A stretch of DNA of 64,000 bases from the human T2T-CHM13v2.0 reference genome, Homo sapiens. Under the pieces are notes generated by a model that saw nothing but the letters and a program-made list of their open reading frames with translations, had not been told where the DNA came from and did no database searches. Shown in pieces: positions 38,802-51,740 of this stretch. The first letter of the stretch is position 1. Each line of letters starts with the position of its first letter. A program made the position numbers and the translations under genes. The stretch is from the NCBI RefSeq assembly GCF_009914755.1, contig NC_060926.1; one strand, 5' to 3'.

Positions 38802-39689
38802 GTGTATATGCACCACATTTTCTTTATTTATCAATGATGGGCATAAAGGTTGATTCCATGTCTTTGAGGAATCACCATACTGTCTTCCACAATGGCTGAA
38901 CTAATTTACACTCCCACCAAGAGTGCATAAGTGTTCATATCTCTCTACAACCTCGCCAGCATCTGTTATTTTTTGACTTTTTAGTAGCAGCTATTCTGAC
39001 TGGTGTGAGATGGTATCTCGTTGTGGTTTTGATTTGTATTTCCCTAATGAGAGTGTTGTTGTGCTTTTTTTCATATGCTTGTTGGCCACATGTATGTCTT
39101 CTTTTGAAAAGTGTTCATGTCCTTGCCCACTTTTTAATGGGATTGTCTTTGAAACTAATGAGAACAAAGATAAAACATACCAGAATCTCTGGGACACAGC
39201 TAAGGCAATGTTAAGTGGGATATTTATAGCACTAAATGCCCACATCAAAAAGTTAGAAAGATCTCAATTTAACAACCTAACATCACAATTAAAAGAACTA
39301 GAGAAACAAGAGTAAACCAATCCCAAAGCTAGCAGAAGACAGGAAATAACCAAAATCAGAGCGAACTCAGAGGAGATTGAGACATGAAAAACCATTAAAA
39401 AGATCAATGAATCCAGGACCTGTTTTTCTGAAAAAATTAATAAAATATATAGACTGCTAGCTAGACTAATAAAGAAGAAAAGAGAGAAGATCCAAATAAA
39501 TACAATCAGAAACAAGAAGGGTGGTATTAATACTCACCACACAGTAATACAAATAACCATCAGATAATATTATGAACTCTTATATGCACATAAACTAGAA
39601 AATCTAGAAGAAATAAATACATTCCTGGACACGTACACCTTCCCAAGACCAAACCAGGAAAAAAATTGCTCCATCTATTTTAGTGGAAG

Positions 39690-40520
39690 GAACATTCTCA
39701 ATACAATTCTTTTGAGATTTTGGAAGATAAAATGAAAGTACTCCTATTTTTGTGATAATTTGTTAGTGACTGACTTATCTTAGGTTCAATGCCAATACAT
39801 TGATGAGCTAGAATCTTTTATATGACATTTCTATGCCAGAAAATGCTGTTAAATTCCTGAAAGGGCTAGTATATTGTGATGTGAATTATATGGAACTGAA
39901 GGAGGGCCACATCTGTAATCAGAGATGAAAATATGTTGCTGACAGTCTGATTTTCGCAGTTTGCTTATGGAGTTTGTTTTTAATAACTGGATAACCTATA
40001 TGCAGTCATACTTCTCATTGAGTTTGAAATTTTGCCATGTGGGAATCCAAAAGAGGCTTATGCTAAAGGATGGCTGATGTGCCCTGATGATTTAGAATAC
40101 ATCAGACTCAAATGATCCAGTATTTGATAAGCTGTCTGTCCCCAAGGTCAGGCTTTCCTGCTGACATTTCAGAGGCTTCCTATGAATGCAGATAAACCTG
40201 ACCATTACAAAAGAACTGAAAGTTGGTTGATCCATGAATACTTTATTTGAAGGAGAATATATTATGTTATATCTGGCTACAAAAGCCCAAGAAATTTAAT
40301 TGACTATTCTGAAACATCTCACACATTTCTTGTGATTGCTTATATGGTAGGGTAATGTTTGAAACACCATTGTAGGACAGCATGGTGGTGGTCCTGGCTT
40401 TGATCTAATGCCTGATGTGTGTAGAACACATTGTAAACACCTAAGAGAAAGACTTCTTTTTTCAGGGGGAAATCTTAGTTCCTTGTAGCACAACACCCTG
40501 CATGCTGAGTACACACAACA
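39690..40520. mobile_element. Putative decayed piggyBac-like transposase fossil
   Basis: One + frame (40012-40299, several stops) gives FSLSLKFCHV...DPVFDKLSVPKVR...KELKVG*SM..LFEG...YLATK. The minus strand (40520-40340) gives CRVLCYK...RCLQC...SKPG...CFKHYPTI*. Motif resemblance by eye only. Confidence 0.45.
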
Positions 40521-41130
40521 TTTTTTTAGAGAAAGAAAATACAAAATCTCTTAGTGCATTCTCTGTGAATAACTTTCCCCAAATGGTGATGAGAACATAG
40601 CAAAATCATGCACAAGTTAAGTAACTGTGATAAACAGCTTCTAAAAAGTTGTGATTCGAGTAAGAACATTAGAATATGCATTGTTTTCAAGCAGAAATTT
40701 TCAAAATTGAATGAATTATTGAGCCATATCTATTGTAAATCTCTCAGTTTCCTGCTTTAATAAAAAAGCCTAAACCAAAATGCAATAAAACAAATGTAAA
40801 TAAAAACATCAGATGGCTAGCTTAGGCAGAGTCAGGAAATACAAGGCTTAAGTTCAGCACCTTACTTGTCCTGTTTTGACACCTCCAAATGTGTCCTTAA
40901 GGGAATGAGAAGTTTGTTTTGAAAATATCTGCCATACGGCCTATCTGTTCCTCCTCCTGCTCTCCCAAACGATGCTGATTCAAGTCTCCTTTTAAAACAA
41001 AGCTAATATTCAAATTTTTAACTACTCACTTGGGATTAAGGACTAATTTACATTCCAGTTCAAACAGAAGGAGAAGACTTGGCTGGAGGTGGGGGTAGTG
41101 GGTGGATTGTGGTGGTTGGGAGGGGTGTTC

Positions 41131-41420
41131 CATAGTCGTTCATGCCTGTAATCTCAGTATTTTGGGAGGCCAAGGTGGGAAGACTACTTGAGGCCAGGAG
41201 TTTGAGACCAGCCTGGGCAATATACGGAAACCACGTCTCTACAAAAAATTAAAAAATTAACTGGGCATGGTGGTGCTCACCTGTGGTCCCAGCTACTGGG
41301 AGGCTGAGGTGGGAGGATCACTTGAGCCCAGGAGTTCAAGCCTGCAGTGAGCTATGATTATGCCACTGCAGTCTAGCCTGGGCAACAGAGATCTTACCTC
41401 TAAAAACAAAACAAAAAACA
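41131..41420 (+). mobile_element. Alu (AluJ-like)
   Basis: CATGCCTGTAATCTCAG...GGAGGATCACTTGAGCCCAGGAG...A-rich tail. Confidence 0.93.
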
Positions 41421-42023
41421 GAAAGGTATAATTAATAAAGACAAAATAAAGGGGCAAGAAAAACGTTTTGCAATTCATTTTGAACATAAATTCTGGCTAT
41501 AAGTATTGTATTTGGAGAGGAGAAAAAAGAGGATGCATCACTGCAGTGCTTTAGTCTGTCCTTGTCTACCCAGGTACAAATTTAATTCCAGGACCTTTCC
41601 TAACCTAGAACTTACTTTCCACATTCTATCAGAGTCCAACTCTCACTTTCTTTCAATCTCCTCTTATGTAATCTATGTATATTCCTATACTACACCTCCA
41701 GGCAACATGTTTGCATTATAATAAGGGCCTTCTGGAAATAATGCATTTTACCAAAGGAGTCATTCAAATGGTGGGAATTTGGAGTAGTATAACAGGCCAT
41801 AGAAAGATACATTTGGGAAAGTAGGTCTTTTCAAATCTTGTACATGTTCCATCCAGACCCGCACCAGTGTTCTTAGAATAGGACTTCCTAAGATATATGT
41901 TGCAAAATACTAGTACTTGGAATTGCTGTATAGGAGAATGAATTTGCATGATCAAGTAAAACACCTGGTACCATGTGTCCCCTTGGAGGGTCACAAGGAC
42001 AAAGTAAAGGTCCTAAGAAATCC

Positions 42024-42492
42024 TGTAGTAAATGTTAGGGTTAGGGAATTTACTTCACTTCAAACTATCAAGATAGTCTGTCACCTTTTCATGGATGCTG
42101 GCAGAAGACATGAGATTCCTGGGTCAGAAATAAAGAACATGACGATGGCACAGCATGTAGCATGAGCATCATGCGAACCTTGATTCTCCTTGCCTTCTAA
42201 GACCCACAAGGAGATGCAGAGGGGACCCACTGGATGCTGTCCATGCAATGGGTTTATGTTGCAGTCAGAGAATTCACCTTTAAGCTTGGGGAATCCAACT
42301 CTTTTTTTTAGCAAGCCCATTTTTATCCCAGAGAGAGACTTTACCTCATTATTCACGGTAATGGTTACCCACTGCCAATACAACCATGATAAATGTGCTA
42401 GGAAAAGAGTGATCAGGGTCTTACAATGGTGCCTTGGCTGGCAACAATATACAGGGTTGCTCTGGGACGATAGGAGATTACTTCTCCTAACA
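42024..42492 (-). mobile_element. ERVL-class solo LTR (subfamily uncertain)
   Basis: TTTCATGGATGCTGGCAGAAGACATGAGATTCCTGGGTCAGA motif seen in old ERVL LTRs; TG...CA-like ends. Confidence 0.6.
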
Positions 42493-43361
42493 GTAACAAA
42501 ATGTACTCACTGTTATTTAATCTAGAAATTCCCAATATGTTTGACTAGACAACAACATTCAGTGGAACATATTTTGAGAAAGTCGATTTCCATTTGTTCT
42601 CAATTTTGGACTTCACATAATGGAAGTGGGTCAGGGCTTTTGACTTTAGGTTCCTCCATGTTTTTTTTTTTAATTTTTAAAAATGTTATTAATATAAGGG
42701 AGAGTTTTTCAAACATGGGACCAGACAGGCAATTTTTTCCAGGATTTACACTTCCTCCCAGTTTGTCTTTGAACCAAATATAGATCTCATATATGCTTTT
42801 CGTTTTCCAGTCAATGCATAAGATAATCACTTACAAGACCAAATAAAAATGATTGCAGAATTTTCTGTGATTAATTATAATTCTAGTTTTATCATTTAGG
42901 CTTCTATTGAGTGGAATCCCCGCTGGAATTTTAAATAACACCCCTGTTACTGAAGCTCTGTTTCATTCTGCCCGGCCTTTATCTTTCTCCTAATATGAAG
43001 AATCTCCAAAAATATAACTCCTTTAACCAATTCCAGAGATCATTCCTTTAGAGTAAAGAAGAGAATTATAGCTTAGTTATATGATTTCATTCATCCCTTG
43101 GCCACCTTTTTCATCTTTCTCCTGAACCTTGATCATACCTCTCTACCCTTTCATCCTGACCTCTTCTGATTGTGGAGAATTCTTCTGGAAGTCATTCTTT
43201 GTGTTTCCACCTCTCTCTCTTTTCCCTCCATTTTTGGGGGCCTGGGTGCTATTTTAATTAAATTACCATGTAGACTTTCATTTTCTCATCTGTTGAATTC
43301 ACTCCAGCAATGTGCAATTGATGGCTGCTCTTCTCTTGTTCCTTTTCTCAAACTTTATCTT

Positions 43362-43550
43362 TTTTTAACCGGTTCATAATATTTGTACATATTTGTGGGG
43401 TGCATGTGATATTTTGATACATGCATACAACGTATAATGACTAAATCAGGGTAATCGAGATATCCATCACCTGTAACATTTATCTTTTCTGTATGTTGGG
43501 AACATTCCAGTTCTTTTCCTTTAATTATTTTAAATGATATGATAAATTAC
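43362..43550 (-). mobile_element. Short L1 3' end fragment (L1MA-like)
   Basis: TTGTACATATTTGTGGGGTGCATGTGATATTTTGATACATGCATACAA...AAATCAGGGTAAT. Confidence 0.8.
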
Positions 43551-44852
43551 GGCTCAAACTTTATCTTGATCATTTACAGCCTAATTGTCACTCGTATCTT
43601 CATCATTGTTAGAATGTCTCTAAATAGCAGACTTTTCAACCTCCTTTTAAAATTGTAATCCCATGACCTTCTTTTTGTTGTTAAGTCTTGCATTATTTTG
43701 TAAAGATGAAAAGGCATGAGTTGATCTTTCAAATCTTGTACTTATACACCCAGTAAAACATAGCATTAGATTTTCCTTTTGGCTTTAATTAACTAAGATA
43801 TATATCTTCTATCAAAAATTTAAATTTTTGTATATAAAGATACTTACTTTTACCTTTATTTTTATTTTGTATTATAAATGATTGTTCTCAGTTCTCTCTG
43901 TAACAATATTTCACATATTCAATAGAACTGTGTTTAATTGCAGTTCCAACATGATATTTCCTTGAAATTAAGGGTGGTAAACATCTGTTTGCTTATCTTA
44001 TAACTCTAAAAGTGGAAGCTGAATCAAATGTGCATGATAAATCATTAGCCATGAATCAGTCTTACATATGGTAAGACTGTTGTTTTCCCCTAGATCATTG
44101 CAGGGTATTGGAATTTTTCAAAATGACTACATACCTATATTGCAGTCATTTAACCTGATTCTTCTTTGACATTTCCTCATTAGGAAATTGGGCCACATCT
44201 AAACGCATAGCTGGTTTGGCTTTAGAAACCACACATTTCTACACAAATGATCAAGCTGGCCATACAGCCAAGCAAACACATTTCTTTCAGTATAGGAGGT
44301 GCCCCAGTGACTTGAGGGAATCAGAGTTTCTCTGAATATCTCATCAAATAACAGAAAGATAAGAGACCCTTGGAACTATCCAGGTGGAGACATTTTTTTA
44401 ATAAGATTGGTAGCTCTGGCCTCATGCCACATATTCAGTTAGTTTTCAGGAAATTTATTATTTGGAAGCAGCTAAAACCTACAGGGCCTCAGTAAATTTC
44501 TGCTTTTATATTTTTATGGGAAAGTTTATTTTTAGGTCTGATTTTTCTGCCCTACCACCACCCTCCAAAAAAGCATTCTTGTTCTAGAAATAGGAAACTA
44601 AAGTAATCAGAGGGAGGGAAGACTTTCCAGGTGAAGATAAAATTGTCCCCCACCCCTCACAAACTAGAATGATTTAGTACCAAGAAAGATGAAAAAAATG
44701 AGTCCATGAAATCACTAGGACAGAGCTAGGATGAATAATTCCGCTGACTACTTTGTGCTACTCCAGGTGCACAGATCAGAGACAAAAATACCTGCCCTCA
44801 TGGAGTATATACTTTAGTGGAGGGAGACAGACAATAAACTATGAAAGTGTAT

Positions 44853-47131
44853 TGATATGGTTTGGCTCTATGTCCCCACCCAAATCTCATCTTGAATTGT
44901 ACTCCCATAATTCCCATGTGTTGTAGGAGGGACCTGGTGGGAGATAATTTGAATCATGGGGGTAGTTTCTCACTTACTGTTCTCATGGTAGTGAATAAGT
45001 CTCATGAGATCTGATGGTTTATCAGGGGTTTCTGCTTTTGCATCTTCCTGATTTTCTCTTGCTGCTGTCATGTAAGAAGTGCCCTTTACCTCCCACCATG
45101 ATTCTGAGGCCTCCCCAGCCATGTGGAACTGTAAGTCCAATTAAACCTCTTTTTCTTCCCAGTCTTGGGTATCTCTTTATTAGTAGCATGAAAATGAACT
45201 GACACAGTAAATTTGTACCAGTAAAGTGGGGCATTGCTGAAAGATACGCAAAAATGTGGAAGCAACTTTGGAATTGGGTAACAGCAGAGGTTGGAACAAT
45301 TTGGAGGGCTCAGAAGAAGACAGGAAAATGTGGGAAGTTTAGAACCTCCTAGAGACTTGTTGAATGGTTTTGACAAAAGTGCTGATAGTGATATGAGCAA
45401 TAAGGTCCATGCTGAAGTGCTCTCAGATGGAGATGAGGAACTTTTTGGGAACTGGAGCAAAGGTGACTCTTATTATGTTTTAGCAAAGAGACTGGTGGCA
45501 TTTTGCCCCTGACCTAGAGATTTGTGGAACTTTGAATTTGAGAGAGATGATTTAAGGTATCTGGCGGAATAAATTTCTAAGCAGCAAAGCATTCAAAAGG
45601 TGACTTGGGTACTGTTAAAACATTACATTTAAAAAAGGAAACAGCATAAAAGTTCAAAAAATTTGCAGGCTGATGATGCAGTACAAAAGAAAAACCCATT
45701 TTTTTGAGGAAAAATTCAAGTTGTCTGCAGCAATTTGCGTAAGTAACAAGGAGGCGAATGTTAATCCCCAAGACATTGGGGAAAATGTCCCCAAGGTATG
45801 TCAGAGGTCTTCACGGCAGACCCACCCATCACAGACCTGGAAGCCTAGAAGGAAAAAATAATTTTGTGGGCCGGGCCCAGGGTCCCCATGCTGTGTGCAG
45901 CCTTGGAACTTGGTGCCCTGCATCCCAGCTGCTCCAGCTGTTGCTAAAAGGGGCCAAGGTACAGCTTGGCCCATGGTTTCAGAGGATGCAAGCCCCAGAT
46001 TTTGGCAGCTTCCATGTGGTGTTGAGCCTGCGGGTGCACAGAAGTTAATAACTGAGGTTTGGGAACCTCCACCTAGATTTCAGAATATGTATGGAAATGC
46101 CTGGATGACCAGGCAGAGGGGGTGGGGCCCTCATGGAGAACCTCTGCTAGGGCAGTGCAAAAAGGAAATATGGAGTCAGAACCCCCACACAGAGTCCCTA
46201 CTGGGGCACTGCCTAGTGGAGCTGTGAGAAGAGGGCCGCCATCCTCCAGACCCCAGAATGGTAGATCCACCAACACTTGGCACCATGTGCCTGGAAAAGC
46301 CACAGACACACTCAATGTCAGCCCATGAGAGCAGCCAGTAGGGAGGCTGTACCCTGCAAAGCCACAGGGGCAGAGCTGCCCAAGACTATGGGAAACTACC
46401 TCTTGCATCGCCGTGAACTGGATATGAGACATGGAGTCAAAGGAAATCATTTTGGAACTTTAGTATTTGACTGCCCCGCTGGACTTCAGACTTGCATGGG
46501 CCTGTAACCCCTTTGTTTTGACCAATTTCTCCCATTTGGAATGGCTGTATTTACCCAATACCTGTACCCCCATTGTATCTAGGAAGTAACTAGTTTGCTT
46601 TTGATTTTACAGGCTCATAGACGGAAGGGACTTGCTTTGTCTCAGATGAGACTTTGGACTGTAGACTTTTGGGTTAATGCTGAAATGAGTTAAGACTTTG
46701 GGGACCATTGGGAAGGCATGATTGGTGTTGAAATGTGAGGACATGAGATTTGGAGGGGTCAGGGGTGGAATGATATGTTTTGGCTCTGTGTCCCCAATCA
46801 AATCTCACCTTGAATTGTATTCCCATAATTCCCATGTGTTGTGGGAGGGGAAGGACCTGGTGGGAGATAATTTGAATCCTGGGGGCAGTTTCCCCCATAC
46901 TGTTCTCGTGGTAGTGAATAAGTCTCACAAAATCTGATGGTTTATCAGGGGTTTCCACTTTTGCATCTTCCTCATTTTCTCTTGCTGCTGCCAGGTAAGA
47001 AGTGCCTTTCACCACCCCTGCCATGATTCTGAGGCCTCCCCAGCCATGCAGAACTGTAAGTCTAATTAAACCTCTTTTTCTCCCCAGTCTCCAGTATGTC
47101 TTTATCAACAGAATGAAAATGGACTGATACA
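44853..47131 (+). mobile_element. Full-length two-LTR THE1 (THE1A/B-like) MaLR element
   Basis: 5' LTR 44853-45206, internal 45207-46770, 3' LTR 46771-47131; perfect 5-bp TSD TGTAT at 44848-44852 and 47132-47136; inserted into an L2 remnant. Confidence 0.95.
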
Positions 47132-47489
47132 TGTATTAGGTGTAATAAGAGCTAAGGAGAAAAATAAAGCAGGGAGAGGGATAGGAACATTGGCGGTGGG
47201 TAGGGGGAATGGATTCGATGGTCAGAAAATACTCTACGCTGAATGTTGCATTTGAATAAAAATTTGAAGCAGGTAAGGGAGAGAGCCACACAGAAATCTG
47301 GGGGAAGTGCATTTTAGGTGCAAAGGCCTTGAGGCAGGATCACGTCTGGCAGTTACAGAAGAAACAAAAAGGCCAAGCTAGAGGAAGCAAGTTAGAAGAA
47401 CAAGCAAGGAGGCTGAAGCAAAGAAATAAAGGAGAGTCTCAGCTGACAAAGTCAGAAAGGTAACGTGAGGGAGGCAGATGATATAAGGC

Positions 47490-47854
47490 TGATATGGTTT
47501 GGCTGTGTCCCCACCCAAATCTCATCTTGAATTATAGCTCCCATAATTCCCACACGTCATTAGAGGGACCCTGTGGGAGGTAGTTGAATCATGGGGACAG
47601 GTCTTTCCCATGCTGTTCTAGTGATAGTGCATAAGTCTCAAGAGATCTGATGGTTTTATAAGGGAGAGTTCCCTTACACAAGCTCCCTTGCCTGTTGCCA
47701 TATTGGATATGCCTTTACTCCTCCTTCACCTTCCACCATGATTGTGAGGCCTCCCCAGCCATGTGGAACTGTGAGTCCATTAAACCTCTTTTTCTTTATA
47801 AATTACCCAGTCTCCGGTATGTCTTTATTAGCAGCGTGAGAACGGACTGATACA
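47490..47854 (+). mobile_element. THE1 solo LTR
   Basis: TGATATGGTTTGGCTGTGTCCCCACCC...GGACTGATACA; perfect TSD AAGGC at 47485-47489 and 47855-47859. Confidence 0.95.
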
Positions 47855-47859
47855 AAGGC

Positions 47860-48720
47860 CTTATAGGACATTATAAGAATGTTGTGTAAGAACATCGTCC
47901 CTGCCTTCACAGAGTTTATAATAGAGGAGAAAATAAACAATAATGATAAAATGAGATGCCTATTAAAATTAGGAAAGTACATGATGCTATGGAGTCGTAG
48001 AGTGGTGGGTCCTAATGTGCTCTAGTGAACTCTTTCTATTAAGAAATAATGTTCTCATTGAGATCTACAATGTGAACCAGAATTAGATAGATGGAGGTGT
48101 GGTGGCTATGCCTATAGAAGAGGAGTAAATTGCAGCTGCTGCTGGAGCACAAGCAGGATCAGGAAAAATAAACAATCCTGATGTGAACATACTAGGAACT
48201 GGAAAGAAATCTTATGACCGAAGTTAAACAACAAGTGGGGTAGTTGTTGTTGCAAGATGAAGCTAGAAAACTGGGAGACAGCTAGATTCTAAAAAAGGCT
48301 TGTAGACTACAAGAGTGTGGATTTTACTTGAAAGCACTAGGGAGCCATAGAAGATTGTAAATGGGTGGGGGGGTGCATTACATCATCAGGTCTATCTTTC
48401 TGAAAGATCACTCTAGATGAAGAGAGCAGATTGAGAGGAGCAAGCTGTGTGAAAGGGGAAACAGTTAACCTACTCATGCAATACTGCAGGGAGGAGGTAA
48501 TGGTGCTGTTGAACTTTACTGGTAGCAGTGGGAATGGACAGAGACAGACATGGACACAACTGAGACATTTAGGGATTAGAACAGATAGGACTGGGTGATT
48601 GATTGGGATGTGGAGTTTCTGGTACGGAAGGTTAAAATAGAAAGAAGGATCAAAGACGTCATTCAAATTTCTGACTTCGACCACTTGATGGATGGCTACA
48701 AATAGGGAACAAAGGAGAAA
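47860..48720. mobile_element. L2 LINE remnant
   Basis: Purine-rich degenerate L2 signature (TTTCTGAAAGATCACTCT..., GATAGGACTGGGTGATTGATTGGGATGTG). Other L2 pieces at ~6520-6800, 22830-22960, 30600-30960, 32030-32580, 33430-35130 and 47137-47489. Confidence 0.65.
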
Positions 48721-50129
48721 GTACAAGATTAGAGATGGAATTTGGCTTTCAGAAAATGCCACTGATGTAACTCAGAACAGCAATGACTGTATTTGTTTTC
48801 CATAATTCCTTCTCCTAACTGAAAATTTAAAGATAATTGAATCAAATTGTTCCTTGGGTGACTTAGTTTTATATCTATACTTAACACAGGAATATCATTT
48901 CAAGGTGGCATTTCCTACAGATCTTCCCATAAGTCTGTGTATGTTCCTTAGACAGTGGTTTCAGAAATCACCAAATGATACAGGTAGAAAACATAGCTAA
49001 GCACGTGGCGCCATCTTCAGGACAGTTTGTTAAAAGCTTATAAACCAACCAGACTGAAAGGCAAGTTTCTCACAACAGAACACTGACTGACTCCATCTTG
49101 TTTGGTAATAAGGAGCTGAAAAAAATGTTTCTGCCAGCTCCAATTGTGTGACCAAACTCTTTGTCTTCATGAGAACTGTAGTTTATCACAGGATATAGAA
49201 AAGATGGTAGCAGATTTTTCTTCAAAATCCTTCCAGTTTGAAAGTGTCTGTGAGCTGGAAAATGAGCTTTTGCTGTGGAGGAGACAAGAAACTATGGCAC
49301 CATCCCTTCAGGTTTTTTGCCTTGGTATTCAGATTCTCTGGTGATTTTCCCATTTTAGATATTTATGTTCTGTTCTTTACTAGGTGCTTCATTAAATATG
49401 TGGTCAAGTGGAATTTAACTTATAAGCATTCACAATGCTTTACAAATGCATGAATATAAAAAGTAGGGGGGAAAACATTTGTCAGATTTTGTACCCAAGG
49501 TTTTGGTTCAGGGAAAGCAGTCTTATAGATTTATACAGTCTCCATTTTAAAAATAAAAGGTTGTTAATAAGAAATCAATAGTAGACCCATAGCTAACCAC
49601 ATAAGAAAGACAAATAGAGCTTACTAGATGACTTTTATTTTTCAAATCCTCTCAGCTTGTAATTATTCTATTTGAGTAAGCTCCACCTTTTCTTTGTGCA
49701 GAGTTGGGCTATAAAGACACACACATATACATGTGTTTGTCATAATGTATCTGCCACCTTTCTGTGCTGGATGTGGTGTTTAACCTACACTGAGCATTTG
49801 GCATGGCCTCGCTGAATAACTGGGAGGTAAACTGCTTGGCTTTTACATGGAGGCAAATGCTTTCTACCATCTTGCAGCATTCACTCACAAATGGGCTTTC
49901 TTTCTAAACTTTTCTCATTAGAATGTATGCCTTGGGTTGAGGAATCTTAAATCCCAGAGTTCCTTTCAATCCTGAAAGAGGTAACATGTTAAGCTAAATT
50001 CCATTTCTGTATAAACTGAGGCCCTGGCCGCCCCATCAATGATGGGTTTGGGTTTCCTAGAGTCTGAATGGGGCTTATGACAGGTGGGCAGAAAGAGGGT
50101 ATACACAGAAGGTATAGTATCTTATAGTA

Positions 50130-50350
50130 ATTACGTGTTTACAACAGACCAGGTGCTTTACATGGGTTATTTCACGTAATCCTCATAACAACCTATGGAC
50201 ACTTTTTAAATGAATGAGTATTTTTAATATCTGTATTTTACAGATCAGGAAACAAAAACAGAGAATGAAATAATTTGCCCAAGGTCTTACACTCTCCTTT
50301 AAAGTAAACTTATAGAAATGAATTCTAACTCAGGCATTCACCCTCTAAAC
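50130..50350 (-). mobile_element. MIR SINE
   Basis: TAATCCTCATAACAACCTATG...ATTTTACAGATCAGGAAAC...AATTTGCCCAAGGTC core. Further MIRs at ~33100-33270, 50920-51100, 55120-55330, 55790-56030, 56580-56775 and 60990-61130. Confidence 0.75.
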
Positions 50351-51278
50351 CCGACAAGCTTGATAGAAACCTCAAACTACCCTTAAATTGAAAATATCCT
50401 TATGGCACAGACCTGAAATAAACCTCCAATCAAGAATCAAGCCAATAATTCAGTAGAAGATTCAGAGAGCTAAAGATTTGGAACTGAAGGCAGAGGGCAG
50501 AACCCGGAATGATTCTCTGGAGTGCAGAAGTTCTTTTTAATGGTTCGAGAGTCCTGGAACTGCTTGGGCCACATGTGACAACACAGGTCCTTGAGACTTC
50601 AGAGGGTGAGTGTGGGAGAGACTGGCACTGCCACAGATGAGCCTGGAGGAATCCGGGAATTTACCATTGTCCTCTTCACAATTGTTTTTAGGATCAAGCC
50701 TAGAGATAAAGAGCCATGGTCTCTGAAAATAATGTTGAAAACACACTTACAACACTGAGCAGAAGCAGAAATAAATGACATATTTCACTCTGTTCATTCA
50801 GGCAGAGGTGGGTGCACAGAACATGGTGCTGCAATGGTCTCCTGAAGCTGAGGCCAGCTAACAGGCCCGCAGGCAAGTCAATGGGATGACCAGCAAGTGG
50901 GTGGCACCAGCAACAGGGACAAGCATAGGGCTTAGAGTCTGAAACCCTGGTTCCAGGCTGAACACTGTCACTGACTATATAACTCTGGGCAATTCATTTA
51001 AATTATCTGAACTTTAATTTACTCAGCTGAAAAATGGCTGTAATAGCCACCAAATAGGATTGTTGGGGTATCAGAGAAATCACGTGTGTGAAATACTGTA
51101 AGCTTTAATACTCACTGAGGGCCTTGTGTGTGCTACACATTAGGAATAGAAAATTGAGACACAGTTCTTGCTCTGAAGAAGTTTGCAATCTAATGATATA
51201 CACTGTAAATGTTCATTCTCTTTATTCTTATAAGACCCTCTTCTTTCTAATTCTCCCCCATCCCCTTAATTTGGATTT

Positions 51279-51740
51279 TGTCTTAGTTTAGGTTTTCTCA
51301 AAAGCAGATCCTTAGGCAAGGACTTGCACACAAGGGGTTTATTTGGAGATGCAAATAAACAGATGAGGTGAGAAAAAGTGACATAGGAAAGGCAAAATCG
51401 CCAATATAGGGTGCACTGTTAAGTCGACTACCATGACAGGCCACTCTGGAAAATGCTGCAAAACACACAACTCAGAGATTTTTCTACTTGAGGCAGCGGG
51501 GAGCTAGAGTATTTTTACACCAACTTCCATTCATCAATAGTAGAAGGCTTCTTTTACTGGGTGTCAACTCCCAGGCACTTTTGTCCTGCCAGGTGTATGG
51601 GCAGAATGTATCTCGCAGCAGCTTCTGAAAAAGGTCTTGGTCAAAGAAATGGAGATACTGGCAGTTGGAAAGTGGCTGGTGCACACTGAGGTCAAAAGAG
51701 CCAGGGACTGGGCAGGGTGTTGACAGCATCTGCAAAGATT
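51279..51740 (-). mobile_element. Old ERVL-class LTR (LTR16/LTR33-like)
   Basis: TGTCTTAGTTTAGGTTTTCTCAAAAGCAGATCCTTAGGCAAGGACTTG...GGTTTATTTGGAGATG. Confidence 0.6.

Larger units (their letters stand above)
36110..39668 (-). mobile_element. L1PA/PB-type LINE-1, 5'-truncated with inverted 5' segment, split by a THE1 element
   Basis: Minus-strand L1 3' UTR at 36140-36523 continues at 38807-39145. A plus-strand ORF2 segment ([20 protein letters not shown]...) follows at ~39147-39668. Candidate TSD CTCCATCT at 36097-36104 and 39669-39676. Confidence 0.85.

Noticed and set aside
45014-47132. Cluster of ORFs in THE1 elements (also 36547-38076)
   Set aside because: Fragmented MaLR internal/LTR sequence with stops and frameshifts; no intact ORF.
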